From an uncultured Verrucomicrobiae bacterium (GTDB lineage Bacteria > Verrucomicrobiota > Verrucomicrobiia > Limisphaerales > Palsa-1400), in the NCBI GenBank assembly GCA_963825315.1, contig CAWGST010000001.1, positions 1,877,460 through 1,941,459 of the forward strand: DNA of 64,000 nt, read 5' to 3'. The position numbers and the translations under genes are program-made. The notes under the pieces were generated by a model. The model worked only from the letters and a program-made list of their open reading frames with translations, was not told where the DNA came from and ran no database searches. Shown in pieces: positions 20,854 through 29,859 of the stretch; position 1 is the first letter of the stretch, and each line of letters opens with the position of its first letter.

Positions 20854-20963
20854 TTGTTCGAGCGATTGCAAGCCAAATCGAAGCGGCGGAACGCGCAACA
20901 AAAATCACGGCATTCATAAGATGTTGATACACAACATAATAGGACATAACAAATCTTCTTGCA

Positions 20964-20984
20964 TTTAGAGTAAATTACTCTAAA
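20964..20984. promoter_or_regulatory. Perfect 21-bp palindrome, likely operator upstream of the efflux operon
   Basis: TTTAGAGTAA-A-TTACTCTAAA, with a third half-site TTTAGAGTG at 20995-21003. It lies between the candidate promoter and the MFP start at 21048. Confidence 0.45.
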
Positions 20985-21047
20985 TTAGATGCAGTTTAGA
21001 GTGCGTGGTTCAAAAGCAACCCCGACAATCCAAAGCTGAAAGGCGTT

Positions 21048-22232
21048 ATGAATAAATGTGAAATCGCCGCCGGCGACAAAAGGCCGGCAACGCCTGTCGT
21101 ATTATTGGCGGCGGCGATGGGGTTGCTGTTTTCCGGTTGCAAAGAGAAGCCGCCGCCAAAGCCGCTTCTCCAGGTGCAGGTGGTGACCGTCACTCCGCGG
21201 GATGTGCCCATTTACCAGCAATGGATCGGCACGCTCGACGGCTATCCCAATGCGCAAATTCGGGCGCAAGTCAGCGGTTACCTGATCCGGCAGGATTACG
21301 CGGAGGGCGGCGCGGTGAAGAAAGGGGACCTGCTTTTTGAGATCGATCCCCGCCCGTTTCAAGCGGCGCTGGATCAGGCGCTGGGCAAACTGGCCCAGGA
21401 CGAGGCGCAGTGCGGCAGGACGCAGTTGGACGTCAAACGCTACACGCCGCTGGCCCGCGATCAGGCCATAAGCCAGGAAGAGTTGGACGACGCGGTCCAG
21501 GCCAACCTCGCGGCCAAGGCGGCCCTCCAGTCCGACAAGGCCGCCGTGGAAAGCGCCACGTTGAACCTCGAGTTCTGCAAAATCACCTCGCCCATTGACG
21601 GCATCGCCGGAACCGCCCAGGCGCAAATCGGAGACCTGGTCGGTCCGGGCAGCGCGGTGCTGACGACGGTGTCAACCATTGATCCAATGCGGGTTTATTT
21701 CAGCATCAGCGAGCAATCGTATCTGGCCTTCTGCCACCAATTCACCAATGCGGCGGAAAGGGCCGCGTATCGGGTGGAGATGGAATTGCAACTGATTCTT
21801 TCTGACGGTTCGACTTATCCTTTGCCGGGCAAATGGTTCTTCACCAGCCGGCAGGTTGATGTCAATACCGGCACGCTCCAGGTGGCGGGCCTGTTCCCGA
21901 ACCCCGATTACATCCTGCGCCCCGGCCAATACGCGCTGGTGCGGGCGAAGATCGAAACGCGCCACGGAGCAATACTTCTGCCGCAACGCGCGGTGATGGA
22001 ATTGCAGGGTTCCTACCAGGTGGCCACTGTTGACGCGCAGAACAAGGCCCATCTTAAATCGGTCCGGGTGGGGGAACAGATCGGCAATGATTGGCTGATC
22101 GAAAAAGGCCTTGAGCCGGATGAACGGGTCGTCGCCGAGGGCACGCAGAGGGTCAAGGAGGGAACAGAGGTGGATCCTGAGCCGTATCAAGCAGCAATGA
22201 CGAATGCCGCGGCGCGCATGACCAAGGAATGA
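21048..22232 (+). CDS. Efflux RND transporter periplasmic adaptor (MFP)
   Basis: 394-aa ORF with a lipoprotein signal (LLFSGC) and HlyD-type coiled-coil and barrel-sandwich blocks. It is the first gene of the MFP-RND-OMF operon. Confidence 0.9.
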   Translation: MNKCEIAAGDKRPATPVVLLAAAMGLLFSGCKEKPPPKPLLQVQVVTVTPRDVPIYQQWIGTLDGYPNAQIRAQVSGYLIRQDYAEGGAVKKGDLLFEIDPRPFQAALDQALGKLAQDEAQCGRTQLDVKRYTPLARDQAISQEELDDAVQANLAAKAALQSDKAAVESATLNLEFCKITSPIDGIAGTAQAQIGDLVGPGSAVLTTVSTIDPMRVYFSISEQSYLAFCHQFTNAAERAAYRVEMELQLILSDGSTYPLPGKWFFTSRQVDVNTGTLQVAGLFPNPDYILRPGQYALVRAKIETRHGAILLPQRAVMELQGSYQVATVDAQNKAHLKSVRVGEQIGNDWLIEKGLEPDERVVAEGTQRVKEGTEVDPEPYQAAMTNAAARMTKE

Positions 22233-22248
22233 CGCAGTCCCCATTGTA

Positions 22249-25200
22249 ATGTACCGCTTCTTCATCAACCGCCCCATCGTGGCCATGGTCATCGCCATTC
22301 TCATGGTTTTGGTCGGCCTGGTTTCGATGACGACCCTGCCCATCTCCCGGTTTCCCAGCGTCGTTCCGCCTGAAATCCGCATCCAAACCACCTTCGTCGG
22401 CGCGGACGCCGAAACCGTGCAGCAATCCGTCGCCACCCCCATCGAGGAGCAGATGAGCGGGGTGGATAATATGAACTACATGTGGTCGATCAACGCCAAC
22501 AACGGCGTGATGCGGATGGTGGTCAATTTCGATGTCAAGACCGACCCGAACGTTGACCAAATGCTGGCCCAGTTGCGCGAACAGCAGGCCTCGCCGCAAT
22601 TGCCCGCCCAGGTGCAGAATTACGGCGTCACCATCCTGAAGTCCCCGACGACGCCGATGCTGCTGGTGGCGCTCTATTCGCCGCAGCGGGACGTACGACG
22701 CGACGTTTCTGGCCAATTACGCCTACATAAATCTTGTTGACCAGATCACGCGGGTCAAGGGCATCTCCAACATCAACGTTTTCGGGGCGGGGCAGTATGC
22801 CATGCGCTTTTGGCTCAACCCGGATCAACTGGCCAAACTGAACATCACCGCCAGCGATGTGATCAACGCGGTCAACAGCCAGAACACGGTCAATCCCGCC
22901 GGACAAATTGGCGGGCCGCCCTCCTTGCCGCAGCAGGAATACACCTACACCGCCATCGTCCAGGGCCGGCTGATCACGGAGAAGCAATTTGGGGAAATCG
23001 TCGTGCGCGAGAACGCGGATGGCTCGGTGGTGCGGCTCAAGGACGTGGCGCGCATCGAACTGGGCGCCCAGCTTTACAGCCTGGCCGGCCGCCTCAACGG
23101 CGAACCCTCCGCCGTGATGGCGATTTATCAACTGCCCGGCTCCAATGCCCTCGACGCCGCCAGGGATGTCAAGGCGCTGATGAAAGAACTGAAGAACAGG
23201 TTTCCGCAGGACCTGGACTACGCGGTTTCGCTGGACACCACGCTGGCAGTGAGCCGGGGGCTGGAGGAAACTCTGACGACCCTGTGGGAAGCGCTCCTGC
23301 TGGTCACGCTCGTCGTATATATTTTTCTGCAAGGCTGGCGCGCCTCGCTTATTCCCCTGCTGGCCGTGCCGGTCTCGCTCATCGGAACTTTCATCCTCTT
23401 TCCGATGTTTGGTTTTTCGATCAACACCTTGTCCCTCTTCGGCCTGGTCCTGGCCATCGGGTTGGTGGTGGATGACGCCATCGTGGTGGTGGAAGCGGTC
23501 GAACGGCATATCGGGGAGGGAATGGCGCCCAAGGACGCCGCCCTGCAGGCCATGCAGGAGGTGTCCGGGCCGGTGGTGGCCATCGCTTTGATTCTGGCGG
23601 CGGTCTTCGTGCCGACGATTTTCATCGCCGGCATCACGGGGCGGCTTTACCAGCAATTCGCGCTGACCATTGCCATTTCGGTCATTTTTTCCGCGTTCAA
23701 CGCGCTCTCGCTCAGCCCGGCGCTGTCCGCGCTGCTTTTGAAACACAAGGCGCCGACGCATGGCCCGCTGTCCTGGTTTTTTGGCCGGTTCAATCGCGTG
23801 TTCGGCAAGGCAACCAACAAATACGTGCGTTGGAGCGAGGGGTTGATCCACAGGAGCGGGTTAAGCCTGGTGTTGCTGGCCGCCGTGGCGGCGCTGGCCT
23901 TGCTCATCGCGAGCAGACTGCCCTCGTCGTTTTTGCCGGAGGAAGACCAGGGATATGTCTATATCAACGTGCAACTGCCCAATGCCGCCTCGCTGCCGCG
24001 CACCTCTGATTATTGCAAGCGGGTGGAAAAAGTTCTGGCGAAGACGCCGGGTGTCAAGTATTATACGACCGTGCTGGGCTTCAGTTTGTTGAGCCAGGCG
24101 CAAACCACTTACAACGCCCTGTTTTTTGTCACCCTGCAACCGTGGAACGAGCGCCATAAAGCCTCCGAACAACTGGCCGCCATCCGGGCGCACATTAACA
24201 AGGAACTCGCAGCCATGCCGGAAGCCAATGCCTTTTCTTTTCCGCCCCCGTCCATTCCGGGCGTGGGCACGGCAGGCGGCTTTACCTTCATTCTGGAGGA
24301 CCGGGCGGGGCTGGACCCGTCGTTCCTGACGACCAACCTGGATGCCTATCATGGCCGCGGCCGCCAAACGGCCGGAGATTTCCGGGTTGAGCACCAGCTA
24401 CCTGCCCAACGCGCCGCAGGTTTTCGTCAATGTGGACCGCGACAAGGTGCTCAAGCAGGGATTGGACCTGGGCGAAGTTTATAAAACGCTGCAGACCTTC
24501 ATGGGCGGTTACTTTGTCAATTATTTTAATCGTTTTGGCCGGCAATGGCAGGTCTATGTGGAAGCGGACGACAAATATCGCGCGAGCCTGGACAACATCG
24601 GCTTGTTTTACGTGCGCAACCGCCTGGGCCAGAATGTCCCGCTCTCGGCGGTGACGAAGGTGGAACGCCGCACCGGGCCGGAATTCGTGATGCATTACAA
24701 CGAATACCGTTGCGCGCAAATCAACGGCAGCGCCGCCCCCGGCTACAGCTCAGACCAGGCGACCAAGGCGCTGGAGGAGGTGTTCGCCAAAACGATGCCG
24801 GCGGGCATGGGTTTCGATTATTTCGGCATGTCCTTCCAGGAACAGCAGGCGGCAAAAGGCGTGCCGCGCATCGCCATCTTCGGGCTGTCGCTGGTTTTTG
24901 TGTTTCTGATCCTGGCCGCGCTTTACGAAAGCTGGTCGCTGCCTTTCAGCGTTTTGATCAGCACGCCGGTGGCCGTGCTGGGCGCTTTTCTGGCCTTGTG
25001 GTCGCGCCATTTCGAGAACAATGTCTATGTGCAAATCGGACTCATCATGTTGATCGGGTTGTCCGCCAAAAACGCCATCCTCATTGTCGAATACGCCAAA
25101 ACCGAAGTCGAAAAAGGCAAGTCCCTGACCGAGGCCGCGCTGATCGGCGCGCGCATCCGGTTGCGTCCGATCTTGATGACGTCCTTTGCCTTCGTGTTCG

Positions 25201-25370
25201 GGTGTCTGCCGCTGTGGTTCGCCACCGGTTCGGGCGGGATGTCGCGCCAGACGCTGGGCACGGTGGTCATTGGCGGAATGCTTGGCTCGACCTTGCTGGG
25301 CATATTCATCATCCCGGTCAATTTCTACGTGGTGGAGAAACTGGGGATTCGATACAAGAAGAAAAGTTAG
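22249..25370 (+). CDS. RND (HAE1/AcrB-family) efflux permease, reading frame broken twice as sequenced
   Basis: ORFs 22249-22740, 22802-24484 and 24342-25370 are consecutive parts of one ~1040-aa permease. The frame changes at ~22686 (..LYSPQ / YDATFLANYAYINLVDQ..) and at ~24345-24352 (..TTNLDAY / MAAAAKRPEISGL..). Confidence 0.85.
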
Positions 25371-25448
25371 AATTAAGAAGTAAGAATCAAGAAACATGAA
25401 GAACAGCAGCCAGTCGAACCGAAATGCTTTTCTTAACTTCTTAATTCT
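25369..25448. repeat. REP-like long hairpin spanning the RND stop and the OMF start
   Basis: The arms AGAATTAAGAAGTAAGAA and TTCTTAACTTCTTAATTCT pair with one indel. The loop contains the OMF ATG at 25396. Confidence 0.55.
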
Positions 25449-26817
25449 TAATTCTTCCTTCTTCCTTCTCTTCGCCGGCTGCGCCGTCGGCCCGGAATAC
25501 AAACGTCCGGCGGTCAACGCGCCGCAAAGTTTCCGGGGCGACGCCACGGGCCTGACCAATTCCCTGGGCGACATGCCGTGGTGGGAACTGTTCCGGGACG
25601 AGGCATTGCAGGCGCTTGTTCGCAGCGCGCTGACCAATAACTACGATGTCCGAATCGCGGCGGCCCGGGTGGAACAGGCGCGCGCCATTCTGGCGGAGAA
25701 TCGCTCGGGGTATTATCCGCAGATCACCTACCAGGGGTCAGTTGGGGACGGCAGGAACGTTGTGGCGGGAATTCCCTACCGTGTCGGCGGGCCGGCTGGA
25801 AAGGGGTATGAAGCGACCGGGAATGTTTCGTGGGAAATTGACTTGTGGGGCCGGATCCGCCGGCTGAACGAATCGGCCCGCGCCCAATTTCTGGCCACGG
25901 CGGAAGCGCGCACCAATGTCATGCTCACATTGATTACAACCGTGGCGGCGGATTATTTTCAACTGCTGGCGCTCGATCAGGAGTTGCAAATTGCGCGGGA
26001 CACCACCAACTCATTCGGGCAGAGCTTGAAGCTCTTTTCCGAGCGGCTGCGCGGCGGCGTCTCCTCGAAACTGGAAACGGCGGCGGCCGAGGCGGCGCAG
26101 GCCTCCGCGGCGGCGAGTGTCCCTGAACTGGAGCGGCAAATTGCGGTGGAGGAAAACCAGATCAGGATATTGCTCGGGATGAATCCCGGCCCGATCATGC
26201 GCCGCAAGAAATTGCTCGAACAACTGCTGCCGCCGGATGTGCCGCCCGGATTGCCTTCCGCGCTGCTGGAAAGGCGCCCGGATATTCGGCAGGCGGAGCA
26301 ACTGGTCCGTTCCGCCAACGCGCAAATCGGCGTGGCCAGGGCCGATTTTTATCCGCGCTTCAGTCTGACGGCGTTGTTTGGGCAGACCAGTCCGGAACTG
26401 TCCACCTTCACCTCGGGCGCGGCCAACGCGTGGAGCGTGGCGGCGAATCTGGCCGGGCCGATTTTCCAAGGCGGTCTTTTGACGGGGCAATATCGCCAGG
26501 CCCGCGCGGCCTGGGAGGAAGCGGCGCTGCAATATCAATCCGTCATGCTCAACGCCCTCCAGGAAGTGAGCGATGCGCTGGCGGCGCGCGGGCAATTGGC
26601 GCGGGAACGCATCGAACAGGCGCGCGCCGTCACGGCCTACGAGGAAGCGGTGCAAGTGGCCAACGAGCGTTACGCCGCCGGGCACGCCAATTATTATGAA
26701 CTGCTGCAGGAGCAGCAATTGCTTTTCCCCGCCGAAAACGCGCTCACCCAAACGGAACTGAACCAACTGCTGGCTGTTGTGCAATTGTACCGCGCCCTGG
26801 GAGGAGGCTGGAGGTAA
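25396..26817 (+). CDS. Efflux outer-membrane factor lipoprotein (NodT family)
   Basis: 473-aa ORF with lipobox LLFAGC and two OEP repeats. It is the third gene of the efflux operon. Confidence 0.9.
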   Translation: MKNSSQSNRNAFLNFLILNSSFFLLFAGCAVGPEYKRPAVNAPQSFRGDATGLTNSLGDMPWWELFRDEALQALVRSALTNNYDVRIAAARVEQARAILAENRSGYYPQITYQGSVGDGRNVVAGIPYRVGGPAGKGYEATGNVSWEIDLWGRIRRLNESARAQFLATAEARTNVMLTLITTVAADYFQLLALDQELQIARDTTNSFGQSLKLFSERLRGGVSSKLETAAAEAAQASAAASVPELERQIAVEENQIRILLGMNPGPIMRRKKLLEQLLPPDVPPGLPSALLERRPDIRQAEQLVRSANAQIGVARADFYPRFSLTALFGQTSPELSTFTSGAANAWSVAANLAGPIFQGGLLTGQYRQARAAWEEAALQYQSVMLNALQEVSDALAARGQLARERIEQARAVTAYEEAVQVANERYAAGHANYYELLQEQQLLFPAENALTQTELNQLLAVVQLYRALGGGWR

Positions 26818-26873
26818 ATTATGAAGGATGAAGGAAGAAATCGGAAGAAGTCGGACTTCTTAATTCTTCCTTC

Positions 26874-27650
26874 TTACTTCTGCCTTTCTTCCAGCGTCAC
26901 CACGGGCCTCCGCAACAGTTGCCCTTGATACGTGTAGCCGGCGGCGAGGGTTTCGGCCACCAGGGCATTTTCCACGGGGGAAGTGTCTTCCGGCAGTTGA
27001 TGCAACGCGGGGTCGTAAGCTTCCCCCGCCTGGCCGGCTGTCTGCACCAGCCCAATCCGCCGGGTCGCTTCGCGGCAGGCATTTTGGAATTGGCTGATTT
27101 GTTCCACCAGGGCCGGCTGCCCGGAATGCCGGGCCGCCTGGAACAACGCAAAAACATGGTCCAAAACATGAATGATGATTTGCAGCCGCTCCCCTTCGGC
27201 CCGGCGCAACTTTTCCACTTCGACGCGCAAATGGGCTTTTTCCGTCTCGCCGGCTCTTTGCATGAATTCGGTGAAGGCCTTGGCCTCGGCCGCCATTCGT
27301 TCGGCGACTTGTTTGGCGCTTTCGGCGGCTTGGGCGGTGTGGCCTTGCAATTCCAGCCATTGATTGGTCGCGCCGCTGATCTGGCCGGCCAGTTGGTCCA
27401 ATTTTTGTATTTGACCGGTCGCTTCCGCCAGCAGTTTGGCCTGGGAGAGGGCCTGTTCATTGGCGTTGCGCCGCAGGAATGGAGTCACAAAACTCCACGA
27501 GCCCAACGCCCCGCAAAGGACCAACAAACCCGCCTCCTGCCACGAGAGCGGATGATGGCCGAATTTCAGCAGAAGGGCGGCCAGCCCCAGGAAAAGGGCA
27601 TCGACCACGACAAAGGGCCACAAGGGCAGGGGCGCTTTCGCATCGCTCAT
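26874..27650 (-). CDS. Membrane-anchored GrpE-fold protein (atypical nucleotide-exchange-factor paralogue)
   Basis: 258-aa ORF with two N-terminal TM helices and a coiled coil. IIHVLDHVFALFQ aligns with GrpE LLPVIDSLDRALE, EAYDPALHQLP with LDPNVHQAI, and AAGYTYQGQLLRRPVVTL with QKGYTLNGRTIRAAMVTV. Confidence 0.65.
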   Translation of the reverse strand: MSDAKAPLPLWPFVVVDALFLGLAALLLKFGHHPLSWQEAGLLVLCGALGSWSFVTPFLRRNANEQALSQAKLLAEATGQIQKLDQLAGQISGATNQWLELQGHTAQAAESAKQVAERMAAEAKAFTEFMQRAGETEKAHLRVEVEKLRRAEGERLQIIIHVLDHVFALFQAARHSGQPALVEQISQFQNACREATRRIGLVQTAGQAGEAYDPALHQLPEDTSPVENALVAETLAAGYTYQGQLLRRPVVTLEERQK

Positions 27651-27763
27651 CTTCCCGCCAGGGTAGTTTCAAAATGGATTCTGCAAAGCGCAAATTCAAA
27701 AAAAACTTCATCGCTGGCTTGCAAAAACCCGGAATTAGCCCAACATCACCCACCAATATTGCT

Positions 27764-29725
27764 ATGAACCCGTTATTTTCAATGCTGCCTGTCTTTCTGG
27801 CTCTCTCTGTCGCTTCCGCCGTTGCGGAAGACACCGCCCTTGTTGTGGACGTTGACCAACCCATCGGCAAGGTCAGCCCGCTTCACTACGGGTTGATGAC
27901 CGAGGAAATCAATCATTCCTACGATGGCGGCCTTTACGCCGAACTGGTCCAGAACCGCGCCTTCCTGGACAACGCCGAAACGCCTGTCCATTGGTCAGTG
28001 GTGCAGGGACCGGGCGCGGCGGCAACCATCGCTCTCGATCGCGCCGCGCCGCTCAATGACATCCTCACCAACAGCTTGCGCCTCGACGCGTCCGCCGCTT
28101 CGGAGTCGGCTCGGGCCGGCATTGCCAACGACGGCTATTGGGGCATCCCGGTCAAGCCGCATACGAAATATCGCGCCTCTTTTTACGCGCGCGCTGCCGC
28201 GGATTTCAAAGGCCCAATCAGGGTTGCCATCGAAAGCGACGATGGCGCGACCACGTTCGCCGAAGCCAAAGTTTCGGGCCTCGGCCCCGGGTGGCAGTTG
28301 CACACCGTCACATTGAAAACGGGCGGCGTCACGCCCACCGCCAAAGCCAGGCTCGTCCTTTCCATCAACCAGCCCGGCACGGTGTGGTTCAATTTGGTCT
28401 CCCTCTTCCCGCCGACCTTTCACAACCGGCCCAACGGCAATCGTATTGACATCATGCAAATACTGGCCGGCATGGAGCCATCCTTCCTCCGTTTTCCCGG
28501 CGGCAATTACGTCGAGGGCAACACCCTCGAATCCCGCTTTGATTGGAAGAAGACCATCGGCCCGCTCACCCGGCGTCCCGGCCACGCCTGTTGCTGGGGC
28601 TACCGCTCCAGCGATGGCCTCGGCCTGCTCGAATTCCTCGACTGGTGCGAAGACCTCAAGATGGAGCCGGTCCTCGCCGTCTATGCCGGTTACAACCTGA
28701 ACCACACCCACATCAACCCCGGCCCCGCTCTCCAACCTTACGTGCAGGATGCGCTCGACGAAATCGAATACGTCACCGGCGACACCTCGACCAAGTGGGG
28801 CGCTGAGCGCGCCAAAGACGGCCATCCCGCCCCGTTCAAACTCACCCATGTCGAGATTGGCAACGAAGATTGGTTTGACAGTTCGGGAAGCTACGACGCC
28901 CGCTTCGCCCAGTTTTACGACGCCATCAAAGCGAAATACCCGAACCTCAAATGCATCTCCACCGTCGGCACCGAGCACCCGGCCAGCCAAATGGTCCACA
29001 GCCGCAAGCCGGACGTCATCGACGAACATTACTATTCCGCCGCCGCGAACTTCGACCAGGATTCCCCGACGCATTGGGACAAATACGACCGCACCGGCCC
29101 TGAAATCTTCGTTGGAGAATGGGCCGCCTACGAAGACACCAAGCCATGGCAACCGCCTTCGCGCAAATTGCCGCCCACGCCAAGCCTGAAAGCCGCCCTC
29201 GCCGACGCCGCCTGGATGGCCGCCATGGAACGCCATTCCGATCTCATCGTCATGCAGTGTTACGCCCCCCTTCTCGTCAACGTCAACCCCGGCGCGCGCC
29301 AATGGCGTCCGGACCTGATCGGCTACGACGCCCTCAGCGTCTTCGGCTCGCCCAGCTACTATGCCATCCGCATGTTCAGCCGGAATCACGGCGACTCCAT
29401 TCTCAAGACCTCCCTCGCCAACCCTCCCCTCCACTACAGCGCCACTAAAGACACCAAAACCGGCGACATCTGCCTGAAAATCGTCAACACCCAATCCACG
29501 CCAAAACCCGTCCGCATCACGCTGCGCGGCGTCGCCTCCCTCGCGTCCGACGCCACCGCCATCACCCTCTCCGCGCCCGGCCCCGGCGACTCCAATTCAA
29601 TTGACAACCCCGTCCGCGTCGTTCCCGTCACCACGACCGTGCCGGACATCAAGCCCGCATTCACCTGCACGTTTGCCCCATATTCCATCACCGTTTTGCG
29701 GCTGAAAGGTGATTCTTCCCCTTGA
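27764..29725 (+). CDS. Alpha-L-arabinofuranosidase, GH51, secreted
   Basis: Lies within ORF 27479-29725. The ATG at 27764 gives a signal peptide MNPLFSMLPVFLALSVASAVA. GH51 blocks present: YGLMTEEINHSYDGGLYAELVQNRAF, FPGGNYVEG and VEIGNEDW. Confidence 0.9.
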   Translation: MNPLFSMLPVFLALSVASAVAEDTALVVDVDQPIGKVSPLHYGLMTEEINHSYDGGLYAELVQNRAFLDNAETPVHWSVVQGPGAAATIALDRAAPLNDILTNSLRLDASAASESARAGIANDGYWGIPVKPHTKYRASFYARAAADFKGPIRVAIESDDGATTFAEAKVSGLGPGWQLHTVTLKTGGVTPTAKARLVLSINQPGTVWFNLVSLFPPTFHNRPNGNRIDIMQILAGMEPSFLRFPGGNYVEGNTLESRFDWKKTIGPLTRRPGHACCWGYRSSDGLGLLEFLDWCEDLKMEPVLAVYAGYNLNHTHINPGPALQPYVQDALDEIEYVTGDTSTKWGAERAKDGHPAPFKLTHVEIGNEDWFDSSGSYDARFAQFYDAIKAKYPNLKCISTVGTEHPASQMVHSRKPDVIDEHYYSAAANFDQDSPTHWDKYDRTGPEIFVGEWAAYEDTKPWQPPSRKLPPTPSLKAALADAAWMAAMERHSDLIVMQCYAPLLVNVNPGARQWRPDLIGYDALSVFGSPSYYAIRMFSRNHGDSILKTSLANPPLHYSATKDTKTGDICLKIVNTQSTPKPVRITLRGVASLASDATAITLSAPGPGDSNSIDNPVRVVPVTTTVPDIKPAFTCTFAPYSITVLRLKGDSSP

Positions 29726-29859
29726 TGTGCATTCTTAATCCTGATCTTAATCTTAATCCTAATCCGCGTTCGGTATTCGTGCGGGCAGCGCCGCGTCTTT
29801 GACGAGTCATTTTTTAAAATTGGTGTGCGAGTCAAAACAGGGCTAAAATGCTGCTGTAG

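Noticed and set aside
22686-24352. Programmed frameshifting or genuine pseudogenisation of the RND permease. The same question applies to the U32 peptidase and the dienelactone hydrolase.
   Set aside because: The same type of one-base homopolymer-associated break also hits groEL and several unrelated genes, so sequencing error is the simpler explanation. This is left open pending read-level evidence.
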